NCBI GenBank assembly: GCA_963745035.1
Contig: CAVUVW010000027.1
Location: 128,001-192,000, forward strand
Origin: an uncultured delta proteobacterium
GTDB taxonomy: Bacteria > Desulfobacterota > Binatia > UBA9968
Direction: 5' to 3'
DNA length: 64,000 nt
In this document: positions 1 to 9,503 of the stretch, one piece after another
How the letters are laid out: each line of letters begins with the position of its first letter
Numbering within the stretch: the stretch's first letter is position 1
Position numbers and translations under genes: made by a program
Notes under the pieces: generated by a model
Databases searched by the model: none
Told to the model about the DNA's origin: nothing
Seen by the model: only the letters and a program-made list of their open reading frames with translations

Positions 1-770
1 TTACGACACGCTCGTGGGGGCAGGCCACTACGACGCCGAGCGCATGGCGGAGGCTCTCGGCAAACCTTTCTATATCGAGTCTCCGGGCATCGGGCTAAAG
101 AAATACCCAAGCTGCTATCACACCCATCGAGCGCTGGACGGAGTGTTTCCAGTTGTTAGGTGAGCACCGCCTCAACCACAAGGCCATCGCCGAAGTCGAC
201 GTGGGCACTTCCGAGCGGGCGATGCGCGTGCTCGCCTTCTCCGATCCGGCAACGCCCTATCAAGCCAAATACAGCATGCCTTACTGCATTGCCGCCGCTG
301 TGGTGGATCACCAAGTGTCCCTCGAAACTTTCACGGCTCACAAGTTCGAAGATCGCAACATCGCCGAGACCAGGAAAAAAGTTCACCTTTCCTTCCCAGA
401 TGTCCCCATCTGGCCTGGCCTCGCGGACGTCGGCCCGGATACCGAGTTCGTCGGCAATCCTGTGACGATCAAGATGACCGATGGACAAAGCTACAGCGCG
501 CGGGTAGATATCCCGCGCGGCGATCCCGCTCTGCCGCTGACCGACGATGAGTTACTCGCCAAGTATCGCGACTGCGGGCGCAATCAGCTGCGCCCCGAGG
601 ACATCGAGCGTAGTGTAGATTGGGTTCTGAGGCTCGAGAAAGTGGGAAATATTGGAACGTTGATGAGGCGCTCAACTCGCCCGCGCGCTAATCAACCTCG
701 GAACTCCGAGAGCGAACTGCTTCTGTGCTGCTTCGATCCGGCCGCGTCCGCGGCTGCAACGTTTCGCTGA
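1..770 (+). CDS. MmgE/PrpD family protein, 5' partial, frameshift near 149
   Basis: Frame 2 reads IGLKKYPSCYHTHRALD; frame 3 continues AKYSMPYCIAAA...PRGDPALPLTDDELLAKYRDC, typical of the PrpD C-terminal half. The extreme C-terminus may also be frameshifted. Confidence 0.8.
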
Positions 771-954
771 AACGAAGTTACTTTCGGCCCATCCTTCTAA
801 CTTTGGGATTCCCTTGGAATAAAGTGAGACGGACATAAGATACTCGCGTGTAACCTGAGGGTGCTCAACAGGAATAAGTCACGACTTGAGGCCAGCGATG
901 GGACGCGCGAGACGGTTCGAGTGGCTTTATGCATCAAGTAGGAGTAGCTACGAG

Positions 955-1134
955 CTAAGCGTCGCGGATGTTTGCTTTGACGCGCTCGAGGAGTTCCGGC
1001 GTTACTTGGCGAATGCCGTGTTCCTTGGCGTGCTCCGCCGCTTTTTGAATTACTTCCTCTATTGTCTCACCTCGCATGACGTGCTTACATCCGCTCGACG
1101 GGTCGACCTTAGCACATTCCAGGATCTTTGCCAT
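955..1134 (-). CDS. DUF1059-like small metal-binding protein (59 aa)
   Basis: MAKILECAKVDPSSGC...AAEHAKEHG (C..C..H..H pattern); GAGG RBS upstream. Confidence 0.75.
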   Translation of the reverse strand: MAKILECAKVDPSSGCKHVMRGETIEEVIQKAAEHAKEHGIRQVTPELLERVKANIRDA

Positions 1135-1582
1135 GGACTTGCCTCCTCTGATTTTACGGGATCCACTATTTCTCCTTTGACTGTTAACGATTCTATGAGC
1201 TCTCGACAGTGGGTGGGTAGGCAATGGCTTTATGCACGCCACTGCTCGCAAGACTGCCAATAGTGTTGCGTGAGGTTAAACACAGTGAAAGATGTGTTGA
1301 TCAGGGAGGCTCTCGGGGCCACGGGATGAGCGTGACGACGAACTTTACTGAACAGCTTGCGGGATTCTGTTGAAGCTATATAGACATGCTTATGGCGTTC
1401 TTGCTAAAATGCAAGTCGGTTACCAGAGCTGCATATGACCTGGATAGGTTTGAACAGTCTGCTGAGGCTGTCGTTCTGATTTCGCTATCTATGATCCGCT
1501 TTTCCGCGCTCGCCGCTTGATAAGCTGGTGCGACTAGGATATTCGAGCGTTAAAAGTCGATCAGAAAGCGAGCAGAAAAATT

Positions 1583-2305
1583 ATGTATTACGGTGCGCGA
1601 GGAATCGTTGGATTGGTCAAGCCGACTTATCGTCCTGGGTCGATGGAGAGCTTTATCAAGCTCATGCCGGAGGGTGTCGGCTTTATTCCGACTCATGCCG
1701 GCATTCGGGCGGGGAATGAAAAGGAATTGCAGGAAGCTCTGACGGTTGCGGAAAGAAAAGTTGCGCGCTTGGCCGAGTTGGGCGCCGACGTGGTGATGAT
1801 CATGGGCGCGCCGCCGACCATGGTGCGCGGGCACGGCGCGGATCGGGAGATCGCCGATTCGCTGACGAAGAAATACAAAATTCCCGTTACCGTGGCGACG
1901 ATCGCTCAGGTCGATGCGTTTCGCGCGCTGGGCATGAAAAAGCTGGTGGGCATCACCTATTTTCCGGAAGAGATGAATCAGCGCTTTGCCAAGTTTCTGC
2001 AAGACGACGGGTTCGAAGTCAGGGCGATGAAGGGCATCGACGTGCCCTTCAAGGATGCCGGCAAGCTTGCGCCCGAGGCGATCTACAATTTCGCCAAGAA
2101 AGTCTTCATCGAGCACGGACCGGCTGACGGCATCTACATGCTTGGCGCCGGCTGGCACAACCTGCCGGTGATCGAGATGTTAGAGAAGGATTTGAAGACC
2201 ACGGTGCTTTCCAGCATACCGGCGCAAGTTTGGGCGACGAAAAAAATTCTTCACTTGAACGAGCCGGTGACGGGATACGGCCGGCTGCTCGCGGAGATGC
2301 CGTGA
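1583..2305 (+). CDS. Asp/Glu racemase superfamily, maleate isomerase/arylmalonate decarboxylase-like; contains no Cys
   Basis: YGARGIVGLVKP N-terminus, AFRALGMKKL..ITYF, C-terminal GYGRLL. Confidence 0.75.
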   Translation: MYYGARGIVGLVKPTYRPGSMESFIKLMPEGVGFIPTHAGIRAGNEKELQEALTVAERKVARLAELGADVVMIMGAPPTMVRGHGADREIADSLTKKYKIPVTVATIAQVDAFRALGMKKLVGITYFPEEMNQRFAKFLQDDGFEVRAMKGIDVPFKDAGKLAPEAIYNFAKKVFIEHGPADGIYMLGAGWHNLPVIEMLEKDLKTTVLSSIPAQVWATKKILHLNEPVTGYGRLLAEMP

Positions 2306-2322
2306 AGATTGGGGTAATGTGA

Positions 2323-3333
2323 GTGATGCGAAGAGTTCGAACCGTTGCAACGGTGCTTTTTGCGATGAGCGTTTGCACATGGCTCGCTGCGTTTCCAGCG
2401 AACGCGCAGGGTTTGAAAGAAAAGGCGGAAGCCGAAGGCAAGCTCATGTTCTACGCCACCTTCAATGCCGCCGATTTGAAGACCCTGCTCGATGCTTTCA
2501 AACAAGCCTATCCGAAAATCGAAGCGGCCTCGTATCGCAGCACGGATTCGGCGCTCATGGAAAGAATTCTGACGGAGAATCGGGCCGGTCAGAATCTTTG
2601 GGACGTGGTGGTGACGACGAGTTTCTACGGCCACAATCTAAAAAAGCGCGGGTTGCTGGCGAGCTACGATTCACCTGAGCGGAAATTTTACCGTGACGGC
2701 TACAAAGATCCGCAGGCGATGTGGACGTCTACGTACACGAACTATGCCGCGTTTGGGTACAACGTTCGGACTGTGCCGAAGTCGAGCGTGCCGAAATCCT
2801 TCAATGATTTATTAAAGCCCGAGTGGAAAGGGCACATCGGTCTGGAAGGCCGGCCTTATGAGTGGTTCGGCACGATGGTCAAGGCGATGGGCGATGAAAA
2901 AGGTTTGGCGTACATGCGCGAGCTCGCCAAGCAGGTGCAACTGCGCACGGGGCGAACCTTGCTGGCGCAACTCGTCGCGGCCGGAGAGTTCAAAGGCGCT
3001 CTCGCTGCGTACTCGCAGACGTTTGAAGCGTTGAAGCCGTCGGGCGCGCCGGTGGACTGGGTCTATTTGAATCCGGTCTTTGCCAACATTCATCCGACTG
3101 CGGTGGCGGCCAAGGCGTCCAATCCCAACGCCGGACGTTTGTTCGTCGACTTCATGCTGTCCAAGCGAGGCCAGGAGGTGATTCGCGGCATGAATCGCAT
3201 CCCCGATCGAATCGATGTAACATTAGACACGCGCTGGACCGAAGGCGTCAAGCCGGCGTTCGCGCCGACCGAAGTGCTCGAGAACTTCGAGCGCTACGGC
3301 AAAATGTTTCACGAGATTTTCGGCGGACGGTAG
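2323..3333 (+). CDS. ABC transporter extracellular solute-binding protein (Fe3+/thiamine-like family)
   Basis: Signal peptide; EGKLMFY, PKSFNDLLKPEWKG, NPNAGRLFVDFMLSKRGQ. Confidence 0.85.
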   Translation: MMRRVRTVATVLFAMSVCTWLAAFPANAQGLKEKAEAEGKLMFYATFNAADLKTLLDAFKQAYPKIEAASYRSTDSALMERILTENRAGQNLWDVVVTTSFYGHNLKKRGLLASYDSPERKFYRDGYKDPQAMWTSTYTNYAAFGYNVRTVPKSSVPKSFNDLLKPEWKGHIGLEGRPYEWFGTMVKAMGDEKGLAYMRELAKQVQLRTGRTLLAQLVAAGEFKGALAAYSQTFEALKPSGAPVDWVYLNPVFANIHPTAVAAKASNPNAGRLFVDFMLSKRGQEVIRGMNRIPDRIDVTLDTRWTEGVKPAFAPTEVLENFERYGKMFHEIFGGR

Positions 3334-3343
3334 CGCACGCGCC

Positions 3344-3367
3344 GTTTCGAGTTTCTGGTTTCAGGTT
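3344..3367. repeat. 7-nt tandem repeat GTTTCnn x3
   Basis: GTTTCGA GTTTCTG GTTTCAG GTT, intergenic. Confidence 0.5.
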
Positions 3368-3392
3368 GGTGAAAAAGTAAAGACTTGTTGCA

Positions 3393-4173
3393 ATGAAAGT
3401 CGTCGTTCACGGCGTGACCAAAGAGTTTACCGGCGGCCAGGGAAGCGTCCGTGCCTTGGGCGGCGTTTCACTCGAAGTGCGCGACCGCGAGTTTTTCGGT
3501 ATCATCGGTCCGACCGGGTGCGGCAAGACGACCTTGCTCCATATTATCGCGGGCTTGGAAAAACAGTCCACAGGGACGGTCGAATTCGTCGGCGAGCGGC
3601 ATTCGAAATCGGTTGTTTCGATGGTATTTCAGGAAGCGGCACTGATGCCGTGGCGCACCGTGGAAGAAAATGTTCCTCTGGGGCCGGAGTTTCGCCAGGA
3701 GGAGCCGTCGGTCTACAAGAAAGTGAGCCGTTTTTTTCTGGAGGTCGTCAAACTCCTGGACTTCGCGGGTGCACAGCCTCATGAGCTCTCCGGCGGCATG
3801 AAACAGAAGGCAGCGCTTGCCCGCGCGCTCGCCAACGATCCTCAAGTCATTCTCATGGACGAGCCCTTTGCCAGCCTGGATGCGCAAACCCGTTTGATAA
3901 TGCGTGATGAGCTGCTGCGCATCTGGGAGCGCGACAAGAAGACCGTCATCCTGGTGACCCATAATCTGGAAGAAGCGGTTATGCTCTGCGATCGCATCGC
4001 GGTCATGAGTTCGCGCCCGGGGCTCATCAAAGAAGTCGTGAGGGTCGATATTCCTCGGCCGCGCACGATGAAGAGTATGAGAGAGCCGGATTTCGGCAGG
4101 TGCATGGAAAAAATTTGGGAACTTGCTGCGCTACGAAGTCGATGCGGCGATGCGCGTGAACCCTCCTTCTTGA
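3393..4173 (+). CDS. ABC transporter ATP-binding protein (NitT/TauT type), frameshift near 4125
   Basis: GPTGCGKT, LSGGMKQK, LMDEPF, VTH; corrected C-terminus WELLRYEVDAAMRVNPPS-stop. Confidence 0.85.
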
Positions 4174-4301
4174 ACTCCGCATCAACCAGAACCCAGTGCA
4201 AAACAACATGATGTCAGAGAAGGCGAGTCGCGCCGGCAGATTCGATAAACTCTTCCAAAAATTCCGCGTAGCTGACGGTTGGGCCGGCCGGATAGGCACC
4301 G

Positions 4302-6533
4302 TTGTCTAAACTTCTCGAGCGCTCCCTAGTTTATCTCTACGCCGCGGCGCTGTTTTTAAGCGCGGCGTTACTGTTTTCCGTCCAACCGATGGTGGCCAAG
4401 ATGATCCTGCCCTTTCTGGGCGGATCGCCGGCGGTGTGGAATACTTGCCTGTTCTTCTTTCAAACGGTTCTCTTGTTGGGATATCTCTACGCGCATTTCG
4501 GCAGCTCATGGCTGGGATTGAAGCGGCAGATGATTTTGCATTTTGTCATTATTGCCGCGGCGATATACTTCCTGCCGGTGACGATTCCGTCTCTTTGGCT
4601 TGAAAGTTCTCATTATAGTCCCGTCACTTTAGTGCTCTGGGTACTATTGGTTTCTGTTGGATTCCCATTTTTGGTTCTTTCCGCCAGCGCCCCGCTCCTG
4701 CAAAAATGGTTTTCCAGCAGCGGCCATGCCGACGCGCACGATCCGTACTTCCTTTATGCGGCCAGCAATGCCGGAAGCTTGCTTGGCTTGATTGCTTACC
4801 CGGTGCTCCTGGAGTCGCGGCTGACCCTGACCGAACAAAGCCGGTTATGGCTCTATATTTATCTCGGCTTCTTGGCGGTTACCTTCGCCTGCGGATTGGC
4901 GCTGCGTGCTTTTACAGCGTCCGGTAAGAACCGATTGCCCGTGAACGATGAACCGGATGTTACTATCGAATCGCGGAAACCAACACTGGGCCGCCGCGTT
5001 CGCTGGATCGTGCTTTCGTTTGCGCCATCCAGCCTGCTGCTCGGCGTTACGACCTACGTCACGACCGATTTGGCGTCGGTTCCGCTGCTTTGGGTGTTGC
5101 CACTTTCTCTCTATCTGGTTTCGTTCATTGTCGCCTACCGGCGCAATTCATGGGGGTCGAGTCCTTTTCTTGTGAAACGGCAAGCCTTTCTCCTGTTGGC
5201 TGCGGCCATAACCTTCTTTGCGAAAGCGACCGATCCCGCCGTGATCCTCTTGCCGCTTCATTTGTTCGCTTTCTTTGTTACCTGTCTCGTTTGCCATACA
5301 GAGTTGGCGAAAGACCGGCCCGAAACAAAATATCTCACCGAATATTATCTGTGGATTTCGTTTGGCGGGCTGCTGGGAGGCTTTTTTAACGGCTTTCTGG
5401 CTCCGGTGATCTTTTCATCTGTTCTGGAATATCCGCTGGCGATGATCGCGGCCGCTTTGGTCCGGCCGCGACTGGAGCCCTCATCTCAAAGCTCGGATAA
5501 GGTCTTTCATGATGTGCTTTGGTCTGTGCTCTTCTTTTGGATTGTCTTCTCGATCGTCTGGTGGACTCGCCGTTTTCAGCTCTCATCAACCTACGTCGCG
5601 CACCTCTTGATTTTTGGCGTCTCGGCGTTGATCGGTTTGAGCTTCGCTCGCCGGCCGTTGCGTTTCGGCTTAGGTATTGGCGCGATCATGTTGGCGACGA
5701 TCGGTTATCACGGTCCCTTCGGAGATCTTCTCTTTAGGGCCAGAAGTTTTTTCGGGGTGTATCGAGTGACGCGCGATGCTGGAAACAAATTTCATTTCAT
5801 TTTTCACGGCACCACTTTGCACGGCGTCCAGAGTCTCGAACCGAGCAGCCGGCTGCGGTCGACCTCTTATTACCATCGAACGGGCCCCGCTGGGCAGGTA
5901 TTCACGAGTTTATCGGCAAATGGTTTTGATAAGCCGGTCGCCGTCGTCGGCTTGGGCGCCGGCGCGCTCGCCTGCCACGGCAACCCTGGGCAGGTTTTTA
6001 CCTTTTACGAAATTGATCCTTTGGTGGAACGCATCGCCCGGAATGCAAATTTGTTCACATACTTGAAAGATTGTCCTCCCCAAACATCGGTAATCATCGG
6101 CGATGCCCGCGTGACCCTTGCGCGGGCACCCAACGGATTGCACGGCATGTTCGTACTCGATGCGTTCAGCGGTGATTCGATACCGATTCATCTGCTGACG
6201 CTGGAAGCGATCGAGGTTTATCTTGCTAAGCTCGTACCGGATGGAGTGCTGCTGTTCCATATTTCCAACCGTTATATGGATTTAACGAGGGTCTTGGAGC
6301 GAATCGCCGCCAAGCTGAAACTCACCGCGCTGGTGCAGCAAGATGTGAAGCTTTCCGATGTCGAGATTGCCGAAGGCAAACAACCGTCGAACTGGGTGAT
6401 CATGGCTCGGCAGGAGAGTGTGTTGGCGCCGTTGGGCGCCGATGGGCGCTGGAAGCCGCTCGCCGGCGATGTCAATGACACTCTCTGGACGGACAATTAC
6501 TCCAATATTCTGCAAGTGCTGCGCTGGAAGTGA
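4302..6533 (+). CDS. Fused membrane (MFS-like)/spermidine synthase-like methyltransferase
   Basis: Many TM helices, HGTTLHG, VVGLGAG, YEID, LDAFS, WTDNYSN. Confidence 0.85.
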   Translation: MSKLLERSLVYLYAAALFLSAALLFSVQPMVAKMILPFLGGSPAVWNTCLFFFQTVLLLGYLYAHFGSSWLGLKRQMILHFVIIAAAIYFLPVTIPSLWLESSHYSPVTLVLWVLLVSVGFPFLVLSASAPLLQKWFSSSGHADAHDPYFLYAASNAGSLLGLIAYPVLLESRLTLTEQSRLWLYIYLGFLAVTFACGLALRAFTASGKNRLPVNDEPDVTIESRKPTLGRRVRWIVLSFAPSSLLLGVTTYVTTDLASVPLLWVLPLSLYLVSFIVAYRRNSWGSSPFLVKRQAFLLLAAAITFFAKATDPAVILLPLHLFAFFVTCLVCHTELAKDRPETKYLTEYYLWISFGGLLGGFFNGFLAPVIFSSVLEYPLAMIAAALVRPRLEPSSQSSDKVFHDVLWSVLFFWIVFSIVWWTRRFQLSSTYVAHLLIFGVSALIGLSFARRPLRFGLGIGAIMLATIGYHGPFGDLLFRARSFFGVYRVTRDAGNKFHFIFHGTTLHGVQSLEPSSRLRSTSYYHRTGPAGQVFTSLSANGFDKPVAVVGLGAGALACHGNPGQVFTFYEIDPLVERIARNANLFTYLKDCPPQTSVIIGDARVTLARAPNGLHGMFVLDAFSGDSIPIHLLTLEAIEVYLAKLVPDGVLLFHISNRYMDLTRVLERIAAKLKLTALVQQDVKLSDVEIAEGKQPSNWVIMARQESVLAPLGADGRWKPLAGDVNDTLWTDNYSNILQVLRWK

Positions 6534-6630
6534 CGGGCGGCTTTGTCTGACCTTCTCGCTGATTGCGCTTGCATTCAGCGAAAAAAAATCTATGTTCGGA
6601 ATCGGCAATAGCCGATCGGAGGAACAAGTC

Positions 6631-7353
6631 ATGGTGCATTCTGTGAGGCTGATAACTCAATCGCTGTCGATATGCATGCTGGCGCTTTTCGTGGTGGGCT
6701 GCGTGGCGGGGTCAGCCGATTACCAGGCCGTCCTGACGAACCCGGACCGGCCGGATGCCGAGCGCAAACTGGATCCCGTACGCAAGCCGCAGGAGGTCAT
6801 GGCTTTTTACGGCGCCAAGCGGGGCGATAAGGTCGCCGATCTCTTCGCCGCGCGTGGCTACTACACGGCGATTCTTTCCCAGCTCGTCGGCCCGGAAGGC
6901 GTCGTTTACGCGGCCAATGGCGCGCCCCGTCCGGAATTACACGAGCGGGTCAAACATCCGAGCATGGCCAATGTACGCGTGATCGACGGCCCCTTCGATA
7001 AAGTCGCTTTGCCGCAAGACGGTTCGCTCGACTTTGTTTTTATCCATCTCGACTATCACGAGCTGGCGGCGGACACGCGCGCGGCGATGAACCGCCGGGT
7101 TTTCGCCGCGCTCAAGAAGGGCGGATCTTACGGTGTCGTCGACCATTCGGCGGCGGCCGGCCGCGGCGACGAGGACGCCAAGACGTTTCACCGCATCGAG
7201 AAGGCGCTGGTGATCAAAGACGCCACAGCCGCCGGCTTTCGCTTGGCCGAAGAGGGAAACATGCTCGCGCGAGCCGACGATACCCGAGATTTCAGCGTGA
7301 CGAAGTTGCGCGACCGCAGCGATCGATTCGTGCTGAAGTTCGTGAAGCCGTAG
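6631..7353 (+). CDS. Predicted class I SAM-dependent methyltransferase with lipoprotein-like signal
   Basis: LFVVGC lipobox; RKP..., VADLFAARGYYT, LKKGG..GVVDH, DRFVLKFVKP. Confidence 0.75.
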   Translation: MVHSVRLITQSLSICMLALFVVGCVAGSADYQAVLTNPDRPDAERKLDPVRKPQEVMAFYGAKRGDKVADLFAARGYYTAILSQLVGPEGVVYAANGAPRPELHERVKHPSMANVRVIDGPFDKVALPQDGSLDFVFIHLDYHELAADTRAAMNRRVFAALKKGGSYGVVDHSAAAGRGDEDAKTFHRIEKALVIKDATAAGFRLAEEGNMLARADDTRDFSVTKLRDRSDRFVLKFVKP

Positions 7354-7447
7354 TTTTAGGCGATTGATAAACGACGGGCGAGAATATCCGTTTGTAGAAT
7401 TTGTGTAGGTGCGACCGGCCGGTGGCTCCTATGGTTTAATCCATCCG

Positions 7448-8389
7448 CTAGATCTCCGTTACCCTCCGCAGCTTTATTTTCTTTCGCTTCGCCTGATCGA
7501 GAACAAATTTTCCGACTGCAAGATCTTCGTCGGCGATGCCGTTTGATTGAAAGAAGATCCTTTTGGGGCGCGGCTGCGGCGCCCCCGCCGCGACAAATTT
7601 TTCAAGCGGCACGATGTCTTCCCAGCGGGCGATGCGCGTCTGGCAGGCCTCGACCAGATCGCCGCTGTCGGCTTTGGCGGCGGCGAGATCATCGACCGCG
7701 ATCAAATCCATCCGGCGGATGAGACTGTTGGAGACTTCGTGCTTGACAGTGGCGTTGGCGCCGATGGAAGCGACCAGGACTTCCTCTTTGAGTGCTGTCC
7801 CCGTTGCCACCGGCGTCGTCGAGTCCGTGGAGACGACAAGAATATCGGCCGCGGCTTCGGCCTCGTCCACGCTATCGACCTCTTTCCAGTCCGCCTCGAC
7901 GACTTTGCTCATTTGCTTGATGAATTCCTTGCGCCGTTTAGGCGTGCGGCCGTAGACGACGACTTGCTCGATGGAACAAGCCTCGGCGACGGCTTCGACC
8001 TGGAACGTGGCCTGCCAGCCGGGACCGATAATGCCGAGGACTTTGCTGTCTGCCGGCGCGAGGTACTTGGCCGCGACTCCTGTGGCGGCACCGGTGCGCA
8101 GGCTGCTCAGCAGTCCCATGTTTACGATCGCCTGAATCGCGCCGGTGCGGCCGTTATAGAGGGTGATGGTATTCGCCTCGGCGGCATACGAGCGCAGGCA
8201 GATCAAGTCCATATCTTTATGCCACGCGGCCATCATATTGAGCTGCTTCTCACTGCCTTTCAGGCGGCGGCGTGGCACGCTGCGCATCTTGCCGGCCGCC
8301 CGGTCGCGGAACATTTTGTCGAGCAGCGCGACGGCTTGGGGCATTTCGATGAGCTTCCTGGTTTGCGGTTCGCTGATGATCACTGCCAT
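7448..8389 (-). CDS. Ornithine cyclodeaminase/mu-crystallin family protein
   Basis: RTGAATGVAAKYLA, GIIGPGWQA, FQSNGIADEDLA. Confidence 0.85.
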   Translation of the reverse strand: MAVIISEPQTRKLIEMPQAVALLDKMFRDRAAGKMRSVPRRRLKGSEKQLNMMAAWHKDMDLICLRSYAAEANTITLYNGRTGAIQAIVNMGLLSSLRTGAATGVAAKYLAPADSKVLGIIGPGWQATFQVEAVAEACSIEQVVVYGRTPKRRKEFIKQMSKVVEADWKEVDSVDEAEAAADILVVSTDSTTPVATGTALKEEVLVASIGANATVKHEVSNSLIRRMDLIAVDDLAAAKADSGDLVEACQTRIARWEDIVPLEKFVAAGAPQPRPKRIFFQSNGIADEDLAVGKFVLDQAKRKKIKLRRVTEI

Positions 8390-8564
8390 GGTCAACAATC
8401 CTCCAAGCGTTCTATAGCGCATGGGAAAGATCCCGGGCAAGGCATTCCTGTTTTTGATTCGGAGGGGTCTCAAGGACTTGACGGTATCTTTGAATGCATT
8501 CCATAATAGGCTCCGACTTCGGGCGGGCTCGGCCTTGCGTGCCCGGAGTAGAGGCGATTGCCCG

Positions 8565-9338
8565 ATGACACAAGCAAAAATCCAAACCCGTCTTTGTCCG
8601 CATTGTGCCAACAGCATCGGCGCGGACGCGCTCACCTGTCCTTACTGCAAGGCCGACCTGATGGTAGGCGAGCCCGAGTGGCCGGCGCGCGGCGAGATCG
8701 ACCCGCCCATCTCTGCGCCGGAGAAGCAAAAGCTCACAGTCAAATCGAAGGCGATCTTGGCGCTCGGCTTGCTCGTGTTCGCGTTGGGAGTTTATCTCGT
8801 CGGCGGCAACGTCGAACGACACGATCTGGACAATGTGCTGGCGGAACAGCGAAAAACGCTTCGGGAAAGAGACCAAAAGATTCAAAGTTTGGAAGCGCAA
8901 CTGGCCGAGCTGCGTCAGAAGAGCCAGGGAGGCGCCCAGGAAACCGAGCAAATCAAGGCGCGACTGGACAAAAGCCAAGAGAACCTCGCCGCCGCGCAGC
9001 GCAAGTTGGCGAGCGCGAACAAAGAAATCGAGCGACTGTCTTCCAGCCGAGTCGCGCCCGCGGTCCGGCCGGCATCGCGGCGCGCCGATCCGCCGCCGCA
9101 GCGGTCTACGGCGCCTTCGAACGCCGGTAGGGAGCCGCGCACCTACGAGGCTGTTCGCTCCACTCAGGTCTATGAGGAGCCGGCTAGTTCGGCGCGAGTA
9201 GTCGCGCAGCTCACCAAAGGGACGCAGATCACGGTGGTGGGCTCGGGTGATGGTTGGCTCGAGATTCGCTCGCGGCATGGCAAGCCGCCGGGATTCATCC
9301 GCGCTGACGACGCAATGTTTGTGAGCCGGGCCAACTGA
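8565..9338 (+). CDS. Zinc ribbon + TM helix + coiled coil + C-terminal SH3 domain protein
   Basis: CPHC..CPYC, hydrophobic ILALGLLVFALGVYLV, heptad-rich middle, QLTKGTQITV..GWLEI..GFI. Confidence 0.7.
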   Translation: MTQAKIQTRLCPHCANSIGADALTCPYCKADLMVGEPEWPARGEIDPPISAPEKQKLTVKSKAILALGLLVFALGVYLVGGNVERHDLDNVLAEQRKTLRERDQKIQSLEAQLAELRQKSQGGAQETEQIKARLDKSQENLAAAQRKLASANKEIERLSSSRVAPAVRPASRRADPPPQRSTAPSNAGREPRTYEAVRSTQVYEEPASSARVVAQLTKGTQITVVGSGDGWLEIRSRHGKPPGFIRADDAMFVSRAN

Positions 9339-9451
9339 GACGCTGCCTGGCGCGCCCGGGGTTCTATTTGCCGACGTGCGCGTGGCGCGGGCGTCGTCTC
9401 CTGATTCGCCGTTCCGCCTGAACATTCACTGAAAAGTCCTCTCCCCATCGG

Positions 9452-9481
9452 TTGACTTGCCCCGGCCGGGCTTTCTATGAT
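9452..9481 (+). promoter_or_regulatory. Candidate sigma70 promoter
   Basis: TTGACT-N18-TATGAT upstream of ATG 9504. Confidence 0.4.
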
Positions 9482-9503
9482 CGTCCGTCGCGCGAGAGGC
9501 TAT

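Noticed and set aside
1226-1241. sigma54 motif upstream of the DUF1059 gene (TGGCGT-N5-AAGC)
   Set aside because: Poor -12 match, compatible with chance.
780-1580. Riboswitch, tRNA or ncRNA in the AT-richer intergenic stretches
   Set aside because: No recognisable conserved structure by eye; an Rfam/Infernal scan would be needed.
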